The position numbers and the translations under genes were made by a program. The notes beneath the pieces are model-generated. The model ran no database searches. It was not told where the DNA came from and saw only the letters and a program-made list of their open reading frames with translations. Positions 1 to 8,726 of a stretch of DNA of 64,000 nt are shown piece by piece. Origin of the DNA: Acidobacteriota bacterium (GTDB taxonomy: Bacteria > Acidobacteriota > Polarisedimenticolia > Gp22-AA2); the NCBI GenBank assembly GCA_046758905.1, contig JBHIBC010000007.1, positions 2,290-66,289 of the forward strand, in the 5' to 3' direction. Position 1 is the stretch's first letter; each line of letters starts with the position of its first letter.

Positions 1-1295
1 ACGTAGTACCACCGCGCGAAGCGGTCGTTGAGGTCCCTGGAGAGGGAGCTGCCCCTGTCCACCTTGCGACGCCATTCCTCGTGCGCGTCGTGCAGCTCCT
101 TGTTCCTGCGGTCGGCGTCGGTCCATTCGTCCTCGGGCCGGGTCTGGAAGTCGAGGTTCGCGGGCCGCCGCGGCTCGGGGAAGAGGTCGGGGTCGAACCG
201 GGTGGTGATGAAAAGATAGCGGTTCTCGCCCGGGGCTCCCGTCTGGTCGTCGTCCGATCCGGTCCCGGCGGTCACCGCCTCGCCGCGCCCGTAGACGATC
301 TCGCCGAACCGCATGGTGTAAACGACCCCGTCGGTGGTGCGGACTTCCAGCTCGCCCTCGTTGGAGACCAGCCGCCCGTCGCGCGTGAAGTAGAAGCCCT
401 TGCTGCGCAGCGATCGGATCTCGGACTGCGACACCTTGAGCCCGTCCTCCACCCGACGGAGCCCCTCAGTCAGGCCGGCGGGCTTGGGGCGGACGCCGAC
501 GATCGACAGCTCGTCGATGGCGGTCAGCAGGGCGCTCATCCTGGCCTCATCCACCTCCCGGCCGGACGACGTCCGGTTGGCCGACCAGCGGCCGTCCCTC
601 CTGGTCAGGACGACCGTGTCCCGATTGTCCAGGAGGCCCGTGCGCTCGTCGATCGAGTAGTCCCTGAGGACCACCTGATCGATGGCGGCCCGGTCGACGC
701 GGAGGAGGTCCCGATCGATCCAGTCCTCGAACCTCGAGGAGATGTCGATGTCCATCTTCGCCACGTATACACGTTTCTGGTCGGGCAGCCGCACGAAGCG
801 GAACCCGGGACGATCCTCCAGCTCCCTGCCGACGATGAAGTCGGCTAGGACCTGGCCGTTCTGGCCGCGGATCGTGACCCGCTTGCCCCGTCCCTTCAGC
901 GTGGCCACCCCCTCGTCGAGCGGGTCGATCACGCCGCACGCCTCGTGGTCGGCGACGTTGTCGGTCCGAAAATCGTCCTTGGTGATCCCGATAACCCCGG
1001 CGGCGGTGCGCGCCAGGCGGTCGCGGGCGTCCGCCGGATAGTCGTGGTGGGAGGGGATGGTCCAGCGGCCGTCCTTGAAGGTCACCTTGAAAGGACGGCC
1101 GGTCGCCGTCTCCTCGTCGAACTCGATCACCTCCAGCGTGGTCGCGGCGTTCGGGTCGCTGAAGTCGGGGAAGAACTGCTCGCCGCGATCGAGAAAGGCG
1201 TCGGGCGTCACCCTTCGGGGCGAGGTGAGCAGGGCGACGATCGCGAGGGCCACGGCGGCGGCGGCGAAGGTGATCGTCCTCCTGGTCTCGCTCAC
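1..1295 (-). CDS. DUF4340-type protein associated with Gld-like ABC system (partial, runs off left edge)
   Basis: Not in ORF track. Read manually from GTG at 1295, 2 nt after the upstream stop: MSETRRTITFAAAAVALAIVALLTSP...DGRWTIPSHHDYPAD...DFIVGR...RFVRLPDQKRVY...RFEDWIDRDL; the left edge reads DLNDRFARWYYV in the same frame. N-terminal TM anchor and position after GldG fit DUF4340. Confidence 0.8.
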   Translation of the reverse strand, partial: MSETRRTITFAAAAVALAIVALLTSPRRVTPDAFLDRGEQFFPDFSDPNAATTLEVIEFDEETATGRPFKVTFKDGRWTIPSHHDYPADARDRLARTAAGVIGITKDDFRTDNVADHEACGVIDPLDEGVATLKGRGKRVTIRGQNGQVLADFIVGRELEDRPGFRFVRLPDQKRVYVAKMDIDISSRFEDWIDRDLLRVDRAAIDQVVLRDYSIDERTGLLDNRDTVVLTRRDGRWSANRTSSGREVDEARMSALLTAIDELSIVGVRPKPAGLTEGLRRVEDGLKVSQSEIRSLRSKGFYFTRDGRLVSNEGELEVRTTDGVVYTMRFGEIVYGRGEAVTAGTGSDDDQTGAPGENRYLFITTRFDPDLFPEPRRPANLDFQTRPEDEWTDADRRNKELHDAHEEWRRKVDRGSSLSRDLNDRFARWYY

Positions 1296-1297
1296 GG

Positions 1298-3967
1298 TCA
1301 GGACCTCAGCCGCCGGGCCGCGGCCGCGCCCTGGCGCTCCCGCCGCTGCCGGCGTACGAAGATCGCCACGCCCAGCACGAAGACCGGGATCGGCGGCAGC
1401 AGGACCGCGAAGGTCCGGATCCCCCTCTGGATGCGGCGGACCTGCGCCTCCATGTTCTCCTTGCTGGCCTGGATCTTGGCTTCCTTCTGGTTCTCGATGT
1501 TGGCCCGGAGGACGTCGAGCCTGCGGTTCTCCACCTCCTCGAGATTGCGGGCCATGATCTGCTTGGTCTGCTCGTCGAGATCGGGCCGCTGGCGCACCTC
1601 GTTGACCCGCTCGGTGAGGCGTCTCTGGGCCTCGGACAGCGCCCGCTCCGCCTCCGCCTCCGCCTCGCGCTCCTCCTCCGCGCGCCGCTCGATGAACCGG
1701 CTGGTCTGCTCCTCGACCCTCCGCAGGGTGCGGTGGCGGACGCGCCGCTTGCGGAGCTCGATGAACGACTCATCGCCGATCAGGACATCCATGCAGTTCA
1801 AGAAAAAAGTCACGTTGTCGAAGATCAGGTTCGGCGGTCCGATCTTGCGCAGGTCGAAGAACTGCTGCGAGACGAAGTCCAGATCCGCCACGACGATGAG
1901 GTTCAGCGGATCGGGACGCGACTCCTGCTCCTCCTCCGACTCGCCGCCGCGCCGCACGTGGGCCGCCACCACGTAGTCCCGCGGATCGGGGTGATGGGGG
2001 AGGTTGTGGTTCAGCGTTGCGCCGAACAGCCCGCGCCGGACGATCTGGAAGTAGCTGAGCCGTCCCGAGAGGCGTCCCGTCCTGAGCAGCGGCCGGAAGT
2101 CGAAGCCGCCGTCGGCCGCCGCCTCGAGCCCGCCGGGGTAGAGGAAGACCAGCTCCTGCAGGCCGGCCGTGGCCGGGTCGTGGGGGTTGAACGCCGCCTC
2201 GGTCTCGTTGCCGGCGCCGATGAAGACCACCTCCGGAGGGAGGTGGGCGAGGTCCGGGTGGGGGTTGTAGGTGTCCCAGACCACCCGTGCCGCGTCCCAG
2301 CGCACGCCCAGACGGGTCAGCATCTGCTGGATGTTCCCCTTCGGCTTGGGCGGCGACGGTTGCTGCAGGAAGGGGTTGCGACCGGCCCCCGGCCGCTCGG
2401 AGGGGGCCAGCCCGATGTCGACCACCGGAACCGGGTCGATCAGGAGCAGCGCCGGGTGCCCCTGCTCGATGTAGGCGAGGACATTGTCCATCTCGGGCTG
2501 AGACAGCGATGACGGGAGTGCCACCAGCAGCCCGTCCAGCTCCTCGGTGATCGGGTTGGCGGGCTCGATCTGGATCACCTCGTACTGCTTCCTCAGCTCC
2601 TCGACCACCGGCCAGGGCGGCGTGGAGCGGAACGTCTGGAAGTCCATCCCCCCGAACAGACGCACCCCCGTATTCACCACCCCGACTCTCTTGCGCTCGG
2701 TCCGGGCGACCATGCGGATGCTGCGGACGATCTCGTACTCGGCCGGCAGGCCCCGGTCGAAGAAGGGGATCACCTGCTCCTCCGCGCCGCAGGTGAACGC
2801 GACTCCCAGGAAGACATCGGAGAACCCGGCCCGGGCGCTGCTCAGGTTGGGGATCTGTCGCGGGGTGATCCCGAACCTCTCGCGGGCCTCGCGGGCCACC
2901 TCCGTGTAGGGCTCGGCGTCCTCGATCAGGACCTGAACGCCGGCGCCGGACACGGCGTCGATCTCGCTCAGGATGTTCAGCAGGTCGTTCCGCGTCTGTA
3001 CGTACTGCTCCGGGACCTCCGGGCTGATGAAGGCCCGGATGAAGACGGGGCGGGCGGCGGGGAGACCATCGAGCAGGCGCAACGTCTCGTCGCTGAGAGA
3101 GTGCAGCCGCTCGGCCGTGGCGTCCAGCCGCAGTCCGGCGCGCCCGACGACCGCGGTCACGCTGATCAGGGCGACGGCCGTCGCCGACGCCCGGACGGCA
3201 TGGTGCAACCACGTCGGGAGGCCGTCGGCCTTCGGCGGCCAGTGCCGCCGCCCGATCAGCAGGACATTGAGATACAGCAGCAGGCCGGCGACCGAGGCGA
3301 AGTACAGGATGCCCCTGAGGCTGACGACGCCCCGGGCGAAGTCCTTGAAGTGGGCCACGGCTCCCAGCGGGGCCAGGAGGCGTCCGAGGTCCTGGCTGAA
3401 GACCGAAGCGAGCGTGTCGAGAAACACGAGCGTCGAGCACAGGAGCGCCCCCAGGATGTAGGCGATGGTGGCGTTGGAGGTCAGCAGCGAGCCCAGCATC
3501 CCGACGGCGATCAGGGCGGCGCCGATCAGCCAGTAGCCGAGGTAATTGCCCATCATCAGGCCGAGGTCGGGACTGCCCAGCCAGAACAGGACCAGGAGGT
3601 GGCTGAGCGACAGGATCAGGGCCACCGTGTAGATCCCGAGGGTGGCCAGATACTTGCCGAGCACCACCTCCACGTCGGTGGCCGGCAGCGTCAGGAGCAG
3701 CTCGTCGGTCCCCTGCTTCTTCTCCTCGGACCAGACGGCCATGGTCAGGGCCGGCACGAAGAATAGGAGCAGGTACGGGAACAGCCGGTTGAGCTGGTCG
3801 AGATTGGCCAGGTTGTTGAGGAAGAACCGGTCCTGCCAGAACGCGGCGGCCGCGCTGAGGAAGATGAACAGGGTGATGAAGACGTATCCCGTGGGGTTGC
3901 TGAAGTACATCCACAGGTCCCGCTTCACCAGCGCCCGGACGAACCGGAGATCGATTCCCGTCCTCAC
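1298..3967 (-). CDS. GldF-like ABC permease fused to GldG-like periplasmic domain (889 aa)
   Basis: GTG at 3967 overlaps the ATPase stop (GTGA). Contains KRDLWMYFSNPTGY, MAVWSEEKKQGTDELLLTLP, GVVSLRGILYF (GldF), then RLDATAERLHSLSDET, VVADLDF and NCMDVLIGD (GldG), a coiled coil and a C-terminal TM. Confidence 0.88.
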   Translation of the reverse strand: MRTGIDLRFVRALVKRDLWMYFSNPTGYVFITLFIFLSAAAAFWQDRFFLNNLANLDQLNRLFPYLLLFFVPALTMAVWSEEKKQGTDELLLTLPATDVEVVLGKYLATLGIYTVALILSLSHLLVLFWLGSPDLGLMMGNYLGYWLIGAALIAVGMLGSLLTSNATIAYILGALLCSTLVFLDTLASVFSQDLGRLLAPLGAVAHFKDFARGVVSLRGILYFASVAGLLLYLNVLLIGRRHWPPKADGLPTWLHHAVRASATAVALISVTAVVGRAGLRLDATAERLHSLSDETLRLLDGLPAARPVFIRAFISPEVPEQYVQTRNDLLNILSEIDAVSGAGVQVLIEDAEPYTEVAREARERFGITPRQIPNLSSARAGFSDVFLGVAFTCGAEEQVIPFFDRGLPAEYEIVRSIRMVARTERKRVGVVNTGVRLFGGMDFQTFRSTPPWPVVEELRKQYEVIQIEPANPITEELDGLLVALPSSLSQPEMDNVLAYIEQGHPALLLIDPVPVVDIGLAPSERPGAGRNPFLQQPSPPKPKGNIQQMLTRLGVRWDAARVVWDTYNPHPDLAHLPPEVVFIGAGNETEAAFNPHDPATAGLQELVFLYPGGLEAAADGGFDFRPLLRTGRLSGRLSYFQIVRRGLFGATLNHNLPHHPDPRDYVVAAHVRRGGESEEEQESRPDPLNLIVVADLDFVSQQFFDLRKIGPPNLIFDNVTFFLNCMDVLIGDESFIELRKRRVRHRTLRRVEEQTSRFIERRAEEEREAEAEAERALSEAQRRLTERVNEVRQRPDLDEQTKQIMARNLEEVENRRLDVLRANIENQKEAKIQASKENMEAQVRRIQRGIRTFAVLLPPIPVFVLGVAIFVRRQRRERQGAAAARRLRS

Positions 3968-4743
3968 TCCCCGCTGCCCTCCGGATCGGTCGCGTCGTCC
4001 GCGGCTGGAGGACGGCCCCGGTTGGTCAGGCGGTAGAACGGCTCTTCCAGCGAGCCGTTCTCTTTCAGATCGTCCGGCGTCCCGTCGAAGATCAGCCGGC
4101 CGGCGTGCACCAGCAGCACGCGGTCGGCGACCGCCTCCACCTCGCGGAGGATGTGCGTCGAGATCAACACGGTCTTGGTCCTGCCCAGCCTCTGGATGTT
4201 GACCCGGAACTCCCGGATCTGATTCGGATCCAGCCCGGCCGTGGGCTCGTCCATGATCAGGACGTCGGGATCGTGCAGGAGCGCCTGCGCCAGTCCCACC
4301 CGCTGGCGGTATCCCCTGGACAGCTTGCCGATCGGACGGTCCAGGACCTCGTGGAGGAAGCACTGCTCGGTCACGGCCCCGATCCGATCCTCTCGGCTCC
4401 GACCGTCCATTCCCCGGGCCTCGCCGACGAAACGCAGCAGCTCGTGGGGCGTCATGTTGGGGTAGAGGGGGCCGTTCTCGGGCAGGTAGCCGAGCCTCCG
4501 CGAGGCGCCGAGCCGGTCGGTGCCGATGTCGACTCCGGCGATCATCGCGCTGCCGGCGCTCGGCGCCAGGTACCCGGTCAGGACCTTCATGGTGGTGCTC
4601 TTGCCGGCGCCGTTCGGGCCGAGGAAAGCGACGATCTGCCCCGCGGGGATCGAGAACGAGATGTCCTGGATCGCCACGAACGGGCCGTAGTACTTCGTCA
4701 ACCCCCTCGCCTCGATCATCGGCCTGGAGGCGCCGTTGCGCAT
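3964..4743 (-). CDS. GldA-like ABC transporter ATP-binding protein
   Basis: Walker A GPNGAGKS, signature LSRGYRQR, Walker B LIMDEP, H-loop STH. Alternative ATG at 4719. Confidence 0.93.
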   Translation of the reverse strand: MRNGASRPMIEARGLTKYYGPFVAIQDISFSIPAGQIVAFLGPNGAGKSTTMKVLTGYLAPSAGSAMIAGVDIGTDRLGASRRLGYLPENGPLYPNMTPHELLRFVGEARGMDGRSREDRIGAVTEQCFLHEVLDRPIGKLSRGYRQRVGLAQALLHDPDVLIMDEPTAGLDPNQIREFRVNIQRLGRTKTVLISTHILREVEAVADRVLLVHAGRLIFDGTPDDLKENGSLEEPFYRLTNRGRPPAADDATDPEGSGE

Positions 4744-4888
4744 GCCTGTCCGCGACCTCGGGTCTGCTGTGTGGACTCCCGCGGCGGTTCGGTGTGCTTG
4801 GCCGGCTCGCCGCCGGCCCGCCGGGGTGACGTCCGGAGCATGTAATCATGCAACAACCGGGGGCGCTTGGCAAATGGGTCGGGAGTAT

Positions 4889-5626
4889 TCAGCGGGCTCG
4901 GGCGGCGCGCATCCGGCGGAGCTCGGCCAGGACCGGCATCTCCTTGAGGGCCGCGGCCGGGAGCGCCTCCCAGTCCACGCCGCGCGGAGGCGGGGGCGGA
5001 TCCTCGACCCGGATCAGCTCCTCCGGCGTGGCGATCCAGGTGACCGGCAGGTCGTGGCGTTCGCGCGGGAGCCCCTCCACGATCTGCAGGCGGTGCACGG
5101 TGGTGGCCACCGGGGCCGGGCCGTGGCCGAGCTCGCGCAGGATCGCGTACTCGATGTCGCCGTACCCGTGCCCCTTTCCGCACCGGCCTCCCGCTCTCGT
5201 CACCGCCACCGAACCGGTCACGATCAGATCCATCCGCGGGAGCTCCGACAGAGGCACCTCGACGCTCCACCGGCCGCCGCGGGACAGGCTCGCAGCCTCC
5301 GCGAGCCGATCGCGCGGGATCGCGGAGGGGTCGAGCCGCCTGAAGCCGCCGCGCAGGCGTGGGGCCGGGACGAAGAGCACCATTCCCCGGCGGAGGGCCT
5401 CCAGCCGGAGCGGGCGCTGCGGCGCGTCGGGGTTCACTTTGATCAGCCGGGCCGAGGCGAAGGCCGGCCCGTCGAGGAGTCTGCGCGCCGCCGCCCCGGC
5501 TCCGGCGAAGTTGGGGATCCGGCCGTGGGGCGGAAAGGGGAAGCGGGCGGCCCCCTCGCGCTCGAGCGCGTCCCACACCGCCCTGCGGGCGGCATCCTTG
5601 GTGGCGAACGGCCCCGCCCCTCTCAC
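4889..5626 (-). CDS. 5-formyltetrahydrofolate cyclo-ligase family protein (COG0212/MTHFSD-like paralog)
   Basis: Motifs HGRIPNFAGA, IKVNPDAPQ, VTGSVAV, GKGHGYGDIEY, HDLPV. Start placed at GTG 5626, 7 nt after a TAGGAT -10 box. Confidence 0.85.
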   Translation of the reverse strand: MRGAGPFATKDAARRAVWDALEREGAARFPFPPHGRIPNFAGAGAAARRLLDGPAFASARLIKVNPDAPQRPLRLEALRRGMVLFVPAPRLRGGFRRLDPSAIPRDRLAEAASLSRGGRWSVEVPLSELPRMDLIVTGSVAVTRAGGRCGKGHGYGDIEYAILRELGHGPAPVATTVHRLQIVEGLPRERHDLPVTWIATPEELIRVEDPPPPPRGVDWEALPAAALKEMPVLAELRRMRAARAR

Positions 5627-5810
5627 GCCGCCGATCCTAACGCGGACCGTGTCCCGCCCGCTCGGCCGCCCGGGGTGAGGGCGCCGAATAATGCCCCCGC
5701 CGGGGCTGTTCCCGATCCCCGGGCGACCGCTGCGAGAGCTCGTCGCCCCCCAGGATCTGGTTGCGCGGGCCGGCCGGTGGCGGTATGACTGCGGCACCCG
5801 AGGGGCGCTC

Positions 5811-6860
5811 ATGCGTGGAGCGGGATCGTACATCCCCCTGTTGATTGTGGCGGCGGGCGTGGCGGGCAGCGCCCGCCCGGCGGGCGCGGCGACGGCGGTC
5901 CTCGCGCCCGTGAAGGACAACACCCTCTACGAGACCAGCGACGGCTCGCTGAGCAACGGCGCCGGGCAGCATCTCTTCGCCGGCAACAACGGCCTCGGCG
6001 AGACGCGCAGGGGGTTGATCGCCTTCGACATCGCCGGCGGCATCCCGCCCGGCGCGACCATCACCGGCGCGAGTCTAACCCTGAGCATGTCCCGGACGCG
6101 GGCGGGCCCGGAGCCGGTGTCGCTGCATCGCGTTCTGGCGGACTGGGGCGAGGGGACCTCGGTCGCCGGCCGAGGGGAGGGGATCGGCGCCCCGTCCACC
6201 CCCGGCGACGCCACTTGGATCCATAGGTTCTTCAGCGAGCTCCGGTGGGCCGCCGCCGGCGGCGATTTCGACCCGACGCCGAGCGCCACCATCATGGTCG
6301 GCGGGATCGGCCTCTACACCTGGATCTCCACGCCGGCGCTGGTGGCGGACGTCCAGTTGTGGCTCGACGCGCCGGGGATGAATTCCGGCTGGATCCTGAT
6401 CGGGAACGAGCTGGGCAGCGCGACCGCGAAGCGGTTCGACTCGAGGGAGAACATCTCCGCCGCCTCCCGACCGATGCTCTCGGTGGAGTTCACATCCGGC
6501 GCCACGTCCGCCGGCCGGGTGCCGAACGGCGCGGACGCGCCCGGGCAGCCGCTGACGGCGCAGCTCGAGCCGGCGAGCGGCTCGCTGCGGCTGAGCTGGG
6601 GCCGCTCCTGCCTTCCCGGCGACACGGACTTCGAGATCTACGAGGGACGGATCGGCGAGTTCACGGGCCATGTCCCGATCGCCTGCAGCACCGGGGGCGC
6701 CACCTCGGCGGCCATCACGCCCGCCCCGGGCGATCGGTACTACCTGATCGTGCCGAGGAACCCGAGCCGGGAGGGCTCGTACGGGGTCGACAGCAGGGGC
6801 GCCGATCGGGGCGCCAGCCCCGACGCCTGTCTCCCCCAGAGCGTGGCCGCCTGCCCTTAG
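5811..6860 (+). CDS. Secreted DNRLRE-domain protein with extra C-terminal domain
   Basis: Signal peptide, VKDNTLYE, RRGLIAFD, ATAKRFDSRE and RPMLSVEF, then a Cys-containing C-terminal domain of about 110 aa. GAGGGG RBS upstream. Confidence 0.75.
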   Translation: MRGAGSYIPLLIVAAGVAGSARPAGAATAVLAPVKDNTLYETSDGSLSNGAGQHLFAGNNGLGETRRGLIAFDIAGGIPPGATITGASLTLSMSRTRAGPEPVSLHRVLADWGEGTSVAGRGEGIGAPSTPGDATWIHRFFSELRWAAAGGDFDPTPSATIMVGGIGLYTWISTPALVADVQLWLDAPGMNSGWILIGNELGSATAKRFDSRENISAASRPMLSVEFTSGATSAGRVPNGADAPGQPLTAQLEPASGSLRLSWGRSCLPGDTDFEIYEGRIGEFTGHVPIACSTGGATSAAITPAPGDRYYLIVPRNPSREGSYGVDSRGADRGASPDACLPQSVAACP

Positions 6861-7050
6861 GGACGCCCGAGGGGCGGGGTGACCCGAGAGGCGGCGCGCC
6901 ATCTCACGGACGGATATAATGAACGGCCCCCGAACGAGGCGCGCGCGGCCGCGCGGACGGCACCCGGACTCTCCGTCGGCGCGAGGGCCCGGCTCCCGAT
7001 CGAACGGTTCGACCGGCGCTGCCGGCCGCGCACAACCTCGGGGAGCGACC

Positions 7051-7935
7051 ATGGAGAGAGCGCACGTCGGGTTCATCGGGCTGGGGATCATGGGGCGTCC
7101 CATGGCGGGACACATCCTGAAGGCCGGGTTCCCGCTCACGGTCTTTAACCGCACGCGTCGGAGGACGAAGGAGCTGAGTTCGGCCGGCGCCCGCGTGGCC
7201 GACTCGCCCGCTGCGCTCGCCTCCGAATCGGAGATCGTCATCACCATGGTCTCCGACTCGCCCGACGTGGAGCAGGTCGTGGCCGGCGCGGGCGGGGTTC
7301 TCGAGGGCATCCGGCCCGGGTCGGTGGTCGTCGACATGAGCACCATCTCCCCGGCGGTGGCGTGCCGACTCGACGCGAGGCTGCGGAAGCTCCGGTGCGC
7401 GCTGGTGGACGCCCCGGTGTCCGGGGGCGACGTCGGAGCCAGGGAGGCCACCCTGGCGATCATGGCCGGAGGCGACCGGGAGGCGGTCGAGCGGGTCCGG
7501 CCGGTGCTCGAGACCATGGGACGCAGCGTCACCTACTGCGGCCCGGCCGGTTCCGGGCAGCTCACCAAGCTGTGCAACCAGATCCTGGTGTCGGTGACGC
7601 TGCTCGGCGTCAGCGAGGCGATCGCCCTCGCGCGGCGCGCCGGCCTCGACCCACGCGCCATGATCGGAGCGGTGGCGCCGGGGGCCGCCGGGAGCTGGCA
7701 GCTCGAGAACCTCGGGCCGAGGATCCTGGAGCGCGACTTCGCGCCCGGGTTCACGATCGACCTGATGCAGAAAGACCTGCGGCTGGTGCTGGAGGCCGCT
7801 GCGGAGTCCGGCGCGGCGCTCCCGGCGACCGCCCTGGTCCACCAGCTGTTCCGTTCCGCGCAGTCGAGCGGGGACGGAGGTCGGGGGACGCAGGCGCTGG
7901 CGCGAGTGCTGGAGCGGCTGGCGGCCCTGGGGTGA
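7051..7935 (+). CDS. NAD(P)-dependent beta-hydroxyacid dehydrogenase (3-hydroxyisobutyrate/2-hydroxy-3-oxopropionate reductase family)
   Basis: VGFIGLGIMG Rossmann motif, DAPVSGG, catalytic KLCNQ, FAPGF. GGGAG RBS before ATG 7051. Confidence 0.92.
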   Translation: MERAHVGFIGLGIMGRPMAGHILKAGFPLTVFNRTRRRTKELSSAGARVADSPAALASESEIVITMVSDSPDVEQVVAGAGGVLEGIRPGSVVVDMSTISPAVACRLDARLRKLRCALVDAPVSGGDVGAREATLAIMAGGDREAVERVRPVLETMGRSVTYCGPAGSGQLTKLCNQILVSVTLLGVSEAIALARRAGLDPRAMIGAVAPGAAGSWQLENLGPRILERDFAPGFTIDLMQKDLRLVLEAAAESGAALPATALVHQLFRSAQSSGDGGRGTQALARVLERLAALG

Positions 7936-8725
7936 GCACGCCCGGGCTCGCGATGACCAGGGCCCGAACCGTTCCCGGCTCCGGCGGCCAGGGGAGGATC
8001 AGGCCCCTCCCGACCCCCCGGGCGACATCGTCGCCGTACAGGTGGGCGACCAGGTACATCGCCACCTCGTAGCTCCTCGCGCCCCCCTCGGAAGTGAGCG
8101 TCGCGCCGTCGTGGACGAAGCTGAAGCCGCGCCGCAGGTCCAGGGACGGGAACATCGCGGCGAAGCGATCCTGGTCGGAGGGGAAGGTCGTGCAGGCGCG
8201 TCCGTCCAGCAGGCCTGCCGCCGCGAGGACGAACGCGCCGTCGCACAGGGACACCACGAAGCGCGCCCCGCCCCCGGCCCGCCGCACCCAGTCGATGAGA
8301 GCCCCGTCCCGCAGGTCGCGATCCATGCTCCCCTCGGCGCTCGGGACCACCAGGATGTCGATCCCGGGGGCGTCGTCGAACGAGTAGTGCGGGATCAGCC
8401 GCAGACCCTCGAAGGTGGTGACCGGGCGGCCGTCGGGGGAGATGGTGAACACCTCGATGCCCGGGACGGTCCCGGTGTGGAAGACCGTGTGCTGGAGGAC
8501 ATCGTACGGGGCCATCAGCTCGGTGTTGAACACGCCGTCCACGACCAGGAATCCGGCGCGCAGCGCGCGGTCGCGCGGCAGGTCGGCCGGGCGGGGCGGG
8601 GCCGGCCACCCGCGGCCGACCGCGGCCACCGGGCCGGAGGAGCGATCCCGGCAGGCCGGGGACCCTAGCGCCGCCGACAGGAGGATCAGCGCGAGCCGCC
8701 GGCAGCGGGTCGTGCGCGTCGTCAC
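7751..8725 (-). CDS. DJ-1/PfpI family protein, probably exported or a lipoprotein
   Basis: TELMAPYDVL, DILVVP, nucleophile elbow SLCDGAFVL, ACTT, TSEGGA. GTG start immediately after the pcrA stop. Low-complexity C-terminal tail overlaps the convergent gene. Confidence 0.82.
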   Translation of the reverse strand: MTTRTTRCRRLALILLSAALGSPACRDRSSGPVAAVGRGWPAPPRPADLPRDRALRAGFLVVDGVFNTELMAPYDVLQHTVFHTGTVPGIEVFTISPDGRPVTTFEGLRLIPHYSFDDAPGIDILVVPSAEGSMDRDLRDGALIDWVRRAGGGARFVVSLCDGAFVLAAAGLLDGRACTTFPSDQDRFAAMFPSLDLRRGFSFVHDGATLTSEGGARSYEVAMYLVAHLYGDDVARGVGRGLILPWPPEPGTVRALVIASPGVLTPGPPAAPALAPAPASPDLRPRSTARNGTAGGPGRSPGAPRRTPQRPPAPAAGLSASGRS

Positions 8726-8726
8726 C

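Noticed and set aside
3968-4873. N-terminal 300 aa of the 1191-aa ORF 1298..4873
   Set aside because: It is an alternate frame over the ABC ATPase. The real permease start is GTG 3967.
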